In this document: positions 49,811 through 61,790 of the stretch, piece after piece
How the letters are laid out: each line of letters begins with the position of its first letter
How positions within the stretch are numbered: position 1 is the stretch's first letter
From: Camelus dromedarius
Lineage: Eukaryota
Length of the DNA stretch: 64,000 nt
Direction of reading: 5' to 3'
Assembly (NCBI RefSeq): GCF_036321535.1
Contig: NC_087444.1
Coordinates: 9,424,001 to 9,488,000, forward strand
Notes under the pieces: model-generated
Told to the model about the DNA's origin: nothing
The model's database searches: none
The model's input: only the letters and a program-made list of their open reading frames with translations
Translations under genes and position numbers: made by a program

Positions 49811-52800
49811 TTTTCTCTTAAATAGAACATGTATCGTCTTCTGACTGACTTGAGGCTGCAATTTTGGATAAGATAGTTATAGAGCTTTCTACTGATGTGG
49901 TGGCCCCAGGAGGTGCTCTGAGCCACCTAAAAACTTCATTTGTCAGAGGCTACAGTGTATATGGACGTATCATTTATACTGCTTTCCTTTGCAGCAATAT
50001 TATAGGAATAAGTTTTCCTTACTGTTACATAAACCAGGGGTTAGAAACATAAAGCTGAACTAGATAGTTCTCAGATCTCAAAACCACATACTTCTAAATT
50101 CCCAATAAATACCATAATTTCTTAATGCACAAAATTGATTTATTAACTGATTTATTCAGAGTTGGGGGTTTGGATCCAAATTGGTCTCCATTGTGTTGCA
50201 GTATAGTAATTAGACATCTTAAAAGGGTGCACAGCAAGGTGGAAAGGGGTGTCAGCCTTAGATGAAGTGAGATGGTTGCTGAGGTAAGACCTTAGAGGGC
50301 GTCATTAATCTCTGTTAGTTCCCAGGAGTTCAGAGTCTGGTCCTCAGTTTTTCAAGCTCAGAAACTCAATTTGATTAGGGCTTAAACTTGACTGAGTTGT
50401 TGCTGATACATGTTAACCAAATTTATAAGAGATCAACATACGTAATAAAAATGCAAATTTATATGTCAAATGAGAAATTTGACAAGCGGATTGGGTATTT
50501 GCATTTGACTGACCGGTAATTATCACAAGTCGCTTCAAGCAAAGGAAGTCAAAACAAGGAGACCTGGTCATATAATTTGAACAAAACCAGCGTTGCATAC
50601 CCTTTAGTCTCTCTACAGAGGGTAACATGTACAGGTGTTTCTGTTGTAACATCACACTTGGATTCTTGAAAAACCCTGTATTCTGAAAAACTATATACTG
50701 AAAATTACATAGCTTATGGGGGAAATGGGGCTGGGACAAATTGCCCAAAACCCATTTAATTGTGTATCCAGAACACTAACAAAAACAATAATTGGTCCCT
50801 TGAGAGATTGCTTGGATAACTAGGGGCAGCATCTCACAGTAACTGCAGTCTGCACTGTGAGATACCGTAAGTGCCAGAGTCGTTGAGTGGAGATGCTGAC
50901 TTGTGGGCCTGCGGTGTTGCGGATGGAAGCATAACTCAAAGTCACTGTGGCTGCTCTTTAACTGGGCACAGTGGTTAGTGAAGCCTGCCACAAACCCAGA
51001 ACGAGACTTGGGGTACATCTTATTGGGGAAAATGACCTGGGTATAGGGTTCGGTATAGTTCTGCTAACATAATTCCAGCTCCACATGCCTAGAAAAACAG
51101 CATTTGTAAAACAACCCATTTCTGTTATGTTGACATTACTGCTGTACTTGCCACTCGTAAAAGAGCTGCTTGGCGTTAGAGAGGATGCTGTGTGGCAGAA
51201 CAGCCTGCCTGTGTTTGTACCCTACCCCCTAGGTACTTCTTGGGTGGGTTTATTGAATTGCCTCAGTGATTCTCTTTTTATATTTATATATGACTGCCCA
51301 ATTCTCCATTTTGATTGGCTCCTTCTTAAGTATCTCCTGACAGGGTACCTCATTGTCATCCTCTACAGATGGAGGAGAAATAGAGTTACCTAGAACCCTA
51401 GAACTGTTAGTCCTACTGGGGAAGTCCTGTCACTGCATCCATAGCCCGTGTTAGCCAGTCTTTATTGAACTCTTACAGAGATGGGGAGGTCGCTGACTCT
51501 TGAAATGTTCCATTCTTTCATCTACTTAAAAAAACCATGCATGCTCATGATACTGCTAAACTTGTGAGTGTTTGGAGAAGACACAATACATTTAAATGAA
51601 TCTTTAGCTTAAGAATAAATTGAATGGAAAGAAAATTCTGATTCTGAGTATTGGGATACTATGATGATAATTATTTGGATATTATGTGTAGAATGTTCAG
51701 TGGCTCTAGGAGACATCTTTTTGGATATGCCAGTTTATCAAAGGAAAGATCATCTACAGAATTGGCAAAGGAAGATGATGGCAATGAAACTTTCTCTGAA
51801 GTGTATTTTTACAGTTAATGACTTGTAAACTTCCCAGCAATTAATTGTTTTATGAAGAATCTAAAAAAGAAGCTAATTTTTATTAGCTGTAATCTTACAT
51901 CTAATTTGTATATAGAGAAACTTAAGTTGACTAAACTAAATGATCTAAGTCTTTTGTAAATTGCAGTAACCCATTTAAGATGGATACTGTGTTTTGTAAT
52001 CTATTTAATTTTGCTTTCAATACTCCGTTCTTTGACCCTATTGTATACCATATGTCAAGCATTCTTTGTTAGTCAGAAAGAGCAGAGCTGTAATAATTTT
52101 TAACATTAGACATCTTTACTGAATAAAGAAATCCTTTTAAAATATTTGAGGCTAGTAAATAAAGTTATAGATAGGAGAAAACACCTCCAGAAATACTTTT
52201 TCTAATGACGCTAGTCCCTGACAAACTAAAGGACTGTGTAATAAAGTCATTAATATTGTTATGATTTATAATCATACAGTGTTTCACAAAGCAGGAGATA
52301 AAGATTTACTGCAGACATTGAGGGGAGACTGTGTGCTAGTAAAAACCAAATTCCCATCATTGGTTGGAAGCTAAATAATAAATATATTTTCATAGCTGAG
52401 AGGTACGACTTATAAAGTGATCCAAGAAACTGGGCATAAAAACTTCACACAAGATTTCAGCTTTAGAGCTAGCATGTTAAAAAAAAAATTCTAAAATACA
52501 AAACTATATATAGCAATATGTGCATTGAGGGGTATGGGAAGTTTTGGGAAGACCTCAAGATTCAGCTGCTTAGCATCTTTTTCACCTCTTCTTGGCTTCT
52601 TTTCTAACACTCATAATGGCCTCACTTTTTCTATTAATACCTCTGTCATTTTTTCCATTTATTCTCCAGATTATCGAGGTACTGACTCCTTTTTTCCCTG
52701 CACCATTTCTGCCTTCCGTGAAATAGGTATAGAAGTGTTTTCTGAAGTTAAATAAGAAGTTTACTGTTAGTCACTTCTCACTGTTATCATCATCTTTCTT

Positions 52801-54559
52801 TCTTTCTTTTTTTGAGGGGCCAGTGTTGCACGGGGCAGGGATGGTGGTCAGAACTACAGGGATAGCAGTTTGCAGAGATTCACAAGTCAGTGCCATAAAC
52901 ATGTATGGAATTTGGACTTGACATTGTGCAGCTCTTCCCCCACTCCCCCATGTTTTGATCTGCAGTGCCTAGCCAAGAGCTTTCCTTGTAGTAGGAACTT
53001 TGGCAAACGATTAATGTAAATGATGGCTGGTAAAATCAGCTGTGTTGTTTTCTTTCCCTTTTTAAAAGTACAGAAACATCAAATAAAAGAAAAAAGTCAC
53101 CTATAATGATTTTTGGAGAATAAATTGAGCTTTGTTCTCTGTTGAGCATAAATGACTTGTAAATTATCATCAAAATGCAATTTCTCTTTGACTTTTATTG
53201 ATCCTCAATGCTTCTTTTCAGTGAGAGTGAACTTCTCTGTCCTGGAATTAAAGTTCTATTAGATTTTTTTTTAATATTTTGACAGAAGAAACAGACAGCT
53301 CTAAAGTTACTTCAAGTAGCAAACACAATCTTGATTGAGAAATTAGCATGTCCTTTGTAATGATCAAAGAACAGAAGCTTTTCTGTGTTAAATATTCTTC
53401 TCTCATTCATCTCCAGGTGGGTTCACACTGGAAGCCTATAGCGTGGTTAGTAGCTCGTCTTTCTTATTGTCTTCCTGCTTACTTGTCTCCTCCCTTCTGA
53501 TAGGAGTTAACGCCATGCCAAAGTCGAAGTTTTGGGGTGGTGCATAGCGATGGAACAGCGGTGGCAAATAAGCCAGTTCTGACTTAGCTGAGGGTCTTTG
53601 TACCCACTGGGCTGCTAGTTGTATTTGGTGTGTGGGGAGGCAGGTGACTAAAGCTGACCGTTCATTGTGTGGCTTGGGATCGCTACAGATTCCCTGCTGG
53701 GCTCTCTTTCTTGCACTTCAGTTGACATTAGTGGTTGTACCACACTCAGAGAGGAGTTCTTTTCTCTGTCCTGGGCAGCTGGCTGAAAAACTTCATACTC
53801 TTTCTGTTGAAGTCTCATGTTTCTGGGCCACTGTATCGGGCAGGACTCAAAGGTTTCGTAATGCCTGTTTTCCCCATTGCTAGACGGTGTGTGGAAATCG
53901 CCATGTATCCTTTTCTTTGACAGACTCTAGGAATCCAGGTAGATTCCATTATCACTCTCCTTGGTCTGCTTCCAGAGCAGGTAGTCAGCTTTTATCTTGT
54001 CCTCTAGATTCTTTACAGGTAAGCCAGCCCCAGTCCACAGTCAGCCTCAATGGGCTCTGGTGCCAGTTTTATGTGTCTAACCACAGAAAATCTATGTCAG
54101 AGTTCTGCCAGTGGTCCTTCTTCACCAGGATTTGTGGTAGAAGGTGGCATCACCTGTATCTGGAAAGGGAGACTTCACTCAGAGGAAATCTCTCCAGTAG
54201 TTTTGGGTTTTGTTACTGTTGTTTTTTCATTTCCTCTCTCAAACACATTTTACATCCTTGAGCTTAATGAGGGATCCAAGAGATGTAAGCAAGTTTCTTT
54301 TTACCCACTTTGTCAGTTTTTCATATCCTTTTTATATCTTTGATCTTGACGAGGCGACCACATATGAGGTTGAAGGTATACCCTGTCATCTCTCTTGCTC
54401 ATTTCTCTGCTGAAGCTGAGGTAAAGAAGAGATTTATTCTAGCATTCTTTAACACTGTCAATATAACAGTTATTAAATGTGCTGTAAATACTGATTTACA
54501 GGTGAGTTTATTCAGCCAGAGGTAACCATGTCCTAGAGGGTATGGGCCCTCATTACTCA

Positions 54560-55020
54560 TGGTTATATTGCCAGTAGCTAGAACAGCGCCAGGGAGGTAT
54601 GGATATATAAAAATAAGAGTAAAAACGAAATTTTTGCCCACTTTGCATAGCTTTCACTTTCATTGATATAAGTCTGATCATCAATTGCTTTCTCTTCTCA
54701 GTTCAGCTAACACTGAGCATAGCTTTATAGAAGTGATTCCTAAATTAGTCTTAAAGCAGATTATAGCTGGTGGTGGAGATAAATGTATACAGAAGCAGGT
54801 TTGGGAGGAGCATGGTGTTCATTTAAGGCCAAGAGACCAGCAAGTCCCAAAACGTGGGGGTGTGAGGAAAGCATGTTGGGACCCTCGGCTATTACTGAAG
54901 TGTCTGCAGGAAGAGGTCAGACAGCAGTGTGGGAGTTTTCTATGCCACATTGAAGAGTTTGCATTTTGTCTTTAGGATAATGAGGGGCTTTTGAAGAATT
55001 ATAAGTGGAAAACATAATTG
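54560..55020 (-). mobile_element. L2 fragment
   Basis: gccacattgaagagtttgcattttgtctttaggataatgaggggcttttgaagaatt. Confidence 0.65.
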
Positions 55021-56344
55021 AGAGGAGAATATGTTTTCATTAATTTATGAATGAAGGACTTAAAATAGAAAATTCATTCACTGAAAGTCCAGTATGTCTT
55101 GAAATAGTCATCATTAAAGACTTGTGTTTCAGTTGGTTACACATGTAAAACTCTGAATGAACCTTCACCATTATCAAATAGTTGTCACTTTCTGACCTTC
55201 AGTTTTAGGGGAAAAAAGGGAATGTTTGCATAAAATACGGAAGTGTTTGCTCCTCTCACCTCATGACCATGAAGGGAGGGACCGAGGAACTTTGCTTCAC
55301 TCCTTGAAAGCTAATCCTTCCCACAAGCACTGATTTAATTTGAGAAAAGGAAATAAAATTCAATTCAGGTGTATGAAAAATGCCAGCATGCAGGAGGCAT
55401 GCAATTTTATTTTAAACAAGCTGGTAGACGCCAATGGGGGAAAACAGAAACTGGATGAGATGAAAGACAGAACTAACCGCAGGGAGATGAGTGCTTTGCC
55501 ACATCTGTATCCCCCCATCATTTATATGAGGGGTGTGGCCTGTAAGTAGGTAAAGATAAAGAAGCATTTCTGCGACAGCAAATTAGACAGCACAAGAAAC
55601 TCAAATCTGTTCTGGCTCAAAGTGGGAAGGTCATTCAAAACCTGTTTAAATTGTGATGAGGTTTAAAAGCTGAGAAAATTGCACAGGCAGCAACTCTTTT
55701 AGGGAAGAGAGCAACATTTGCTTAAAGGCCATTAAAGGACCTCGGGAAAAGATAGAAGTAGTAATTGGAATTTCCTTAGTACTCAGGAAATAGGGCTTTT
55801 GTTATTCATGGCAAAAAAGTATCTCCAAATCTCCTAAGCAAATGCACAATAGCATATATATGCCCAGGATAGTGGGAATTACTACTTCAGGGCAGAAAAA
55901 GATCAAAAGGGTGAAGGTTATAGAAATAAAACGTGAGTTGCTGAACAGGGCAAAGATTTTGAAGGAAGGTAAAAAGTGATATTTCTGGAGAATTAGCTAT
56001 AAAATCAAGCACATTTATTATAGCCAGACTTGGCGTACAATTGCTGGTAAAGGCATGTCAGAGGTTTTAACATAAAACTCCTATTAGAAGTGGTTATTGT
56101 GTAAAATTAGCTATCCAGTTCTTTGAGCATCCCACACCATCTGGCGGACACATAAAACCCAGATGTCCTTTGTCTTTATGCAGAGTTTAGAGTCACTGGG
56201 TATCATACCTAAAACCATAAATATTCTCATTCTGGGGAAAAGCTAAGATATTGTTCCTATTTTTGATTTCCTCTGCTGTATCATTCATTCCAACAATACA
56301 CCATATTTATTCATAGTACCTATTCCACTATAACCAGAATCTTC

Positions 56345-56785
56345 ATCTACTGAAGAGGTACCTTTTTTCAGTTTGCACCTCCAGATCCACTCTCTACCCT
56401 TCTTCTCCTGCAGCGTTTTTGGGAGAAGAGGAGCTGATAATTGACTTCTGATTGGATTTGGCCAATAGGACGCACTGGTAGGACATCAGAAGGCCGGAGG
56501 AAAGTGAAGCTGATACACTTAATCCTCTGACTCTCTGTCTTTATCCTACACCCTGGTTTGTTTTGGGTAAACTTCTCTCACAGGTGTGTTTCTGTCCAGT
56601 TCCAGTAGCTGCTGACTCCTCTTCTTCCTTCAGGTGGGGGATAGTAGTTGCTCTCTGCTGCTGCTGGCCCCAAGGCACTGCACCATTTCTTGTCAGCTTT
56701 CCTTAACCTTGTAAATGAATCTTTCATTAAAGTTCCTTGTTTGAATTGGCCATCTGTTTTCTCCCAGGAATCTGATTGATAGGTA
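56345..56785 (+). mobile_element. ERVL solo LTR, LTR33-like
   Basis: cctccagatccactctctacccttc...ggatttggccaatagg...ctttcattaaagttcc...gccatctgttttctcccaggaatctgattgata. Confidence 0.88.
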
Positions 56786-57269
56786 TCCACTTACTAAAAG
56801 GTAAAAGGCTTAGCTTGTGAGGAAATATTTTCATGTGGTTTACTGATCTGTGTGGGGAAAATGTAAAAGATGGCAGAAAACCAATCATTCAGAACAGGAG
56901 ACAGAGAGTAATTTTACACTTAACAAAGTATGTTTTACTATTATTCTATGTTACACTTCTACTTTACATTCTATTTTATACTTAATGAAGCATCTGAAAT
57001 TCTTTACTGAGATGAGGCTGGTGTTCTCATACATCCAGTTAATATTCTGATATGAGGGCTTAATTTTGGAAGGTAAGCATCTGAAATTTGAGGAATCTAT
57101 GTATATTTCAAATATTTTCCTTTTTATTATTAAACTCATTTGAGTTTAATACAATTCTTATATCTGATAGTTGGGTGAAATTTATGTATAAAATAAATAA
57201 AATATAAATTCCCCAAGGAAAAATATTCTGAATGTTTACTATAGAAATTAGGGCAACTGTGGTTATTTT

Positions 57270-57600
57270 ATTAGCATTTTATTTCTCTGCTTCTCTGGCT
57301 ATTCTTTCTCTATTCTGTTTGTTAATTAACCTCCATAATTAACTTCTACCAGTTGCTCTGCATATTGGAGTTCCCCCAGTTTGTACATGGCCTGCACCTT
57401 TTTTCTCTATTCCACTTCTTTTGGAACCTAATATGCATCAGGATTTCAGTAACTACCTATAATCAAACCAGTCACTAATTTGTATTTCTTGTTTACATCT
57501 CTTGAGTTCTACTCCAAGATAGGATGTCTTCCCTGTTTAAATGATAAGTTTCCCATTTCACTTTGACTAATACCCAAATACCGTGACCTCTTTGGCTGTA
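57270..57600 (+). mobile_element. L2 fragment
   Basis: Pyrimidine-rich decayed L2 body. Confidence 0.5.
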
Positions 57601-57619
57601 TTTGATTTGCCTTCTACTT

Positions 57620-57990
57620 TCCTGTGTTAGGGGACAGTCTGAGCTGATATATCAGAAAGACCAAAAATCTGCTTAAACAAGTAACAGTTTGTCTCTCCTT
57701 TGTGTAGCTGTCAAAAGATCAGTAGTCTAGGGCTAGCGATGGAAGGTTCTGCTAACCACTTACAGACAACTTTCATCTTTGGATGATAGGTAGTTGCTCA
57801 AGGTCTTTTCTTCCCATTGGTACCCTAGTCAGTGGGGAAAAAAATGAAATGAAAACAAACAAACAAACAAAAAACCCGAAATGACAAAGAGGACCAGAGA
57901 AGTGCATTTTAAGGACATGGCCCAGAAGATAGGATAATTTATTAGCAGAATAAGATGGTGTTGATTCTCTTATCAGCAGAATAAGAAATC
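57620..57990 (-). mobile_element. MaLR LTR remnant (MLT1J/K/L-like)
   Basis: tgtgttagggacagtctgagctg...aaaatctgcttaaacaagtaacagtttgtctctcc. Confidence 0.45.
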
Positions 57991-58443
57991 CTGTTGTAAT
58001 AGTCACACTAACAGAGGTTTAGACCCCCTCCCCACCCTAGACTGTTTCTCCATCCTGACGTATCCTGAGGAACAGGGATGATGGATATAAGCCTAACTCT
58101 TTTTCCTCTGAAGGAGTTTGGGTGGATGCTATGTGGTGGTCATTCTTCATAGAATTCTTCTCCTTCAGATTCCAAAATCTTGCTGTTTTCCCTTTTACTA
58201 CAGGTCCTTTACATTGAAGGCTAGTTTCTGTTGCTTTTGGATCAAGCATGTGAAGAGGGCCTTTTTTCCTTTTGTATTGCAAGTTTCAAAAACCAGTTAG
58301 CTAGCTGATTTGTTTATATAACGATAGTTCCATGATGCCTTGATTTCAACAAAGTGACAAAGGCAACAAAACAAGTAGCTTTCCATCCTATCTAGTTATT
58401 ATGAGACTGCATACTAGAAAGGATGATATATGACTTTATATGA

Positions 58444-58588
58444 NNNNNNNNNNNNNNNNNNNNNNNNNNNNNNNNNNNNNNNNNNNNNNNNNNNNNNNNN
58501 NNNNNNNNNNNNNNNNNNNNNNNNNNNNNNNNNNNNNNNNNNNNNNNNNNNNNNNNNNNNNNNNNNNNNNNNNNNNNNNNNNNNNNNN
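58444..58588. other. Assembly gap (145 N)
   Basis: N run counted directly; it abuts an L1. Confidence 1.
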
Positions 58589-59180
58589 TAAATAACACTA
58601 ATTTGAAAAGATATAGGTACCCAGTGTTCATAGCAGCATTATTTACAATAGCCAAGATATGGCAGTAACCTAAGTGTCCACCCACAGATGAATGGATAAA
58701 GAAAATGTGACGTACATGTATACACACACATAAACATACCTACACAATGGAATATTACTAGATCATAAAAAAGAATGAAATTTTGCCATTTGCGACAACA
58801 TGGATGGACCTGGAAGGTAATATGATTAGTGAAATAAATCTGACAGGGAAAGACAAATGTTGTATGTCTTCACTTATATGTGGAATCTAAAAGTGAACAA
58901 ACAAATATAGCAAAACAGAAATAGATTCACAGATACAGGAAACAAATTAGTACTTGCCAGAGGGGAGATGAGTAGGGGGAAGGGCAAAGTATGTGAAGGG
59001 GACTAAGAGGTACCAACTGCTAGGTATAAAATTAATAAGTCACAAGGATGTAATGTACAGACAGAGAACCTAACCAGTATTTTATAATAACTTTGTGTAT
59101 AATCCATAAAAATATCAAATTACTATTTTGTACATTTGAAACTAATATAATGTCAACTATATACTTCAACTAAAAAAAAG
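58589..59180 (+). mobile_element. L1 (L1MA9/artiodactyl-type) ORF2 end + 3'UTR + A tail
   Basis: gttcatagcagcattatttacaatagccaagatatgg...gccatttgcgacaacatggatggacctgga...tatacttcaactaaaaaaaa. Confidence 0.93.
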
Positions 59181-60683
59181 AACCTCCTCTTCCTATGAGT
59201 TCATACCTTTTATATTTACATTATACATATGACACCTGTTTAAATGGTCTTATGACATTCTTTTTATGAGTACTTCACTCATGCAGAGGAAAACACCACC
59301 TCATAAAGAATTATGTTTCAAGAAATTTCCAACTCAGTTGCATGGAACTCGGAGAACATAGCTTTCATAGAAATGATCTAAAGCCAAAGGGAGATTAGGT
59401 TTTCTGATTAATACACAGAATCATATTAAATCCACAGCATAGCTAATGTATATCACTAACCTCAATTCTGACTCTTAGGAGTAGAGTGTCATTGAGTAAA
59501 AGAAACTTAATGAGATGAAAGAGGACTTCCTCTTTTATTTTTTAGGAAATGAAATGATTTTAGAACCTCTTCCCCATCTTCATGTACATCCCACAGGTAT
59601 TCTATCTACTCCTGCCATCTTAAGGCTACTATATGGAAGAGGCAGAAGAAAAACTAATTCCTACCCCCACTACTGCGTCCTCACATTCCCCTCAAATTAG
59701 CTGCTATTCCTGAATCAAATTGGGCCAGGTTGTGATTGACTTTAGTCTGATAGGAAGACTGTTATATGTTCAAATAAAGTCCTATGTTTAAAAAGCAGTA
59801 GCTCTTTAACATTCTTGGAAATAATTGTAGTTTTTAAAAGATGCTAATTTTATCATGAATTTCGTGAATAGTAGAATTTTGATAAAAATAACAAAAAGTC
59901 AAGTAAAATCAGGAAGCATAGAGTCCAGAAATTAAAAATGGGAATCCAGATGCTTGCAATAGCTCCTCTAAGCATTTTCTGCCTTTTAATTGTTCCTCCT
60001 GCCGCTACTTCAAAGTTTACAAATTCTCTGAGGTTTTCAGTTGTTCTCTTAGTGGGCGAGGGTGAGCAGGACTGTTTATATTGTCATTTCAGTTACCTGT
60101 ATTTTAAACCAGCGAAGTCATGTCTTACATTTTTTCTTATTCTCATAAAGGGTCAAGCCCAATGACCTATACAAGGAGATACTTAAAGGTTTATGGAATA
60201 GTTCGGTCAAAATGCATAGGCTCTTTTTTTCTTTTAAATGACCCATTTTTTTCCTGTCTTATTCAGACTTTAGTTATATGCAGCCATTGTAACATCTTAA
60301 ATGGGATTTTCTATTTTTAGGTCCAGCTATCCATAATTTCATCCTTGAGCATAAATCGTTTTTGAATTTGTCTTCATATTGATTTTTCCCCCTTTGGGCT
60401 GTTTTTGTCTCTGTACCATCACTAGAATATGACTATGCAGAAGTCAGGAAAGGGGGTTGTTATCTCAGAATGATGGTGAGAATAAATGAATCATAGCTAT
60501 GAAGAAGTACTGGGACTGGGGTAAAGGAAGTGGCGTTTCTAGATAGAGAATTAAATGAAAATGGGAGCTCCTTCTCCCTATCAGCAAGTCAGTGAGGGAA
60601 GTCTGGGGGACTATCTGACACCTGAGTTCTCTCAGGGTCCCCTCATGCACCCTTCAGGTTGCAGGTTGCCATTTTGTCAAAAC

Positions 60684-60720
60684 ACACATACATGCACACA
60701 CACACACACACACACACACA
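60684..60720. repeat. (CA)n microsatellite
   Basis: Direct reading. Confidence 0.95.
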
Positions 60721-60885
60721 TTTCATTTTAAGATTATCCCTGGGGTTTATTTTGTTCAGGTATCACTATGAAAAAATATTTGGGATAAGGGCTTGAAGGG
60801 AGAAGATGAAGACAGAGTGTCTTGTCTAAACATTACTCCCTGCTAGAAGGTTACTTCTTTCCTTTCTGTCTTCCATTAAACCCTG

Positions 60886-60959
60886 CTTTCTTTCCTCTTT
60901 TCTCCCTTCTTTCCTCACTTCCCCTCTTCCCTCCTTCTTTCCTCTTTCCTTCCTCCTTT
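60886..60959 (+). repeat. 74-nt polypyrimidine tract with one purine
   Basis: Direct reading; it abuts the tail of an antisense L2. Confidence 0.9.
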
Positions 60960-61790
60960 AAGGAACATTTACTAAGCACCTACTTCCTGTCAGGCATTCT
61001 GCCAGGCACTGGGGAAGTAATAATGAAGATAGGGCACTGATTCATGAAGATTCTCACATTCTAGTGGGAAGACAAACACAAACATAGTCAGGAAAACGAT
61101 AATAAAAGTAGCTTTTTTTGTAATAACTTTTCCAAATACGAAGGGAAAAAAGGAGCCCACCCAATATTCTGCTAGAGTGAACTTCACACAAGAGGAATAG
61201 CTTAAACTAAAGTGTGGATAGAAATTGGAAAGTTAGAGTAAGTTGGGGAAGATATTCCCATCAGAAGGAATTGCTTATGCGTGTAACCGTAAGGTGGCAT
61301 AATATAAAATCATGTATTGAATTTTAAAGCACATACTGCTGGGCAGAGTACGTGGGGTAGCTGAGTCATGGGAGATGAACAGTACATAGCCAGATTAGGA
61401 AGGCTTTTGTATGCATGTAAATGTGTTTAGATTTTGTTCTTAGATAATGAAAATGCTTTGAAGAGTTTTGAGTAGGATTCTGAAATAATCACATTTTCAG
61501 CCATTGTTGAAAAGATGATGCTGAGAGCAGTGTTGAGGATGTACTAAGAAAACAGAGAATGGGAGACAAGTAGGCAGCCATTGTTCTGGTCCAAGTGAAA
61601 GAAAATGAGGTCCTGAGCAAGAGCAGTCACAGAAGAACTGGAGTGGAGGGGCAGATTTTAAGTCAGAGTAAAGGTGCAGATATGATGGGGTTGGTGATCC
61701 TTTGAATGTGGAATTAGGGAGGGGAGGTTTGACTGGGGGTAACCTCTGCATTAGGATTTAGGATGGCCTAGGCTTTTCTCCTCAGCTGTT
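60960..61790 (-). mobile_element. L2 LINE 3' region
   Basis: acatttactaagcacctacttcctgtcaggcattctgccaggcactgggg...gcagccattgttctggtccaagtgaaag. Confidence 0.85.

Noticed and set aside
7492-59180. L1/LTR orientation bias as evidence for the host transcription strand
   Set aside because: About 6 plus versus 2 minus L1 copies and 4 versus 2 LTRs leans towards a minus-strand host or intergenic DNA, but the numbers are too small.
59630-59710. Possible mitochondrial insertion (C/A-rich stretch)
   Set aside because: Short, and I cannot match it to any mitochondrial gene or tRNA.
2344-61370. Isolated AP-1, ETS (ACCGGAAG at 11745), NF-kB-like (~25587) and weak CTCF-like (~22553, ~49898) motifs
   Set aside because: Single short motifs occur at about chance frequency in 64 kb; without conservation or chromatin data they are not supportable.
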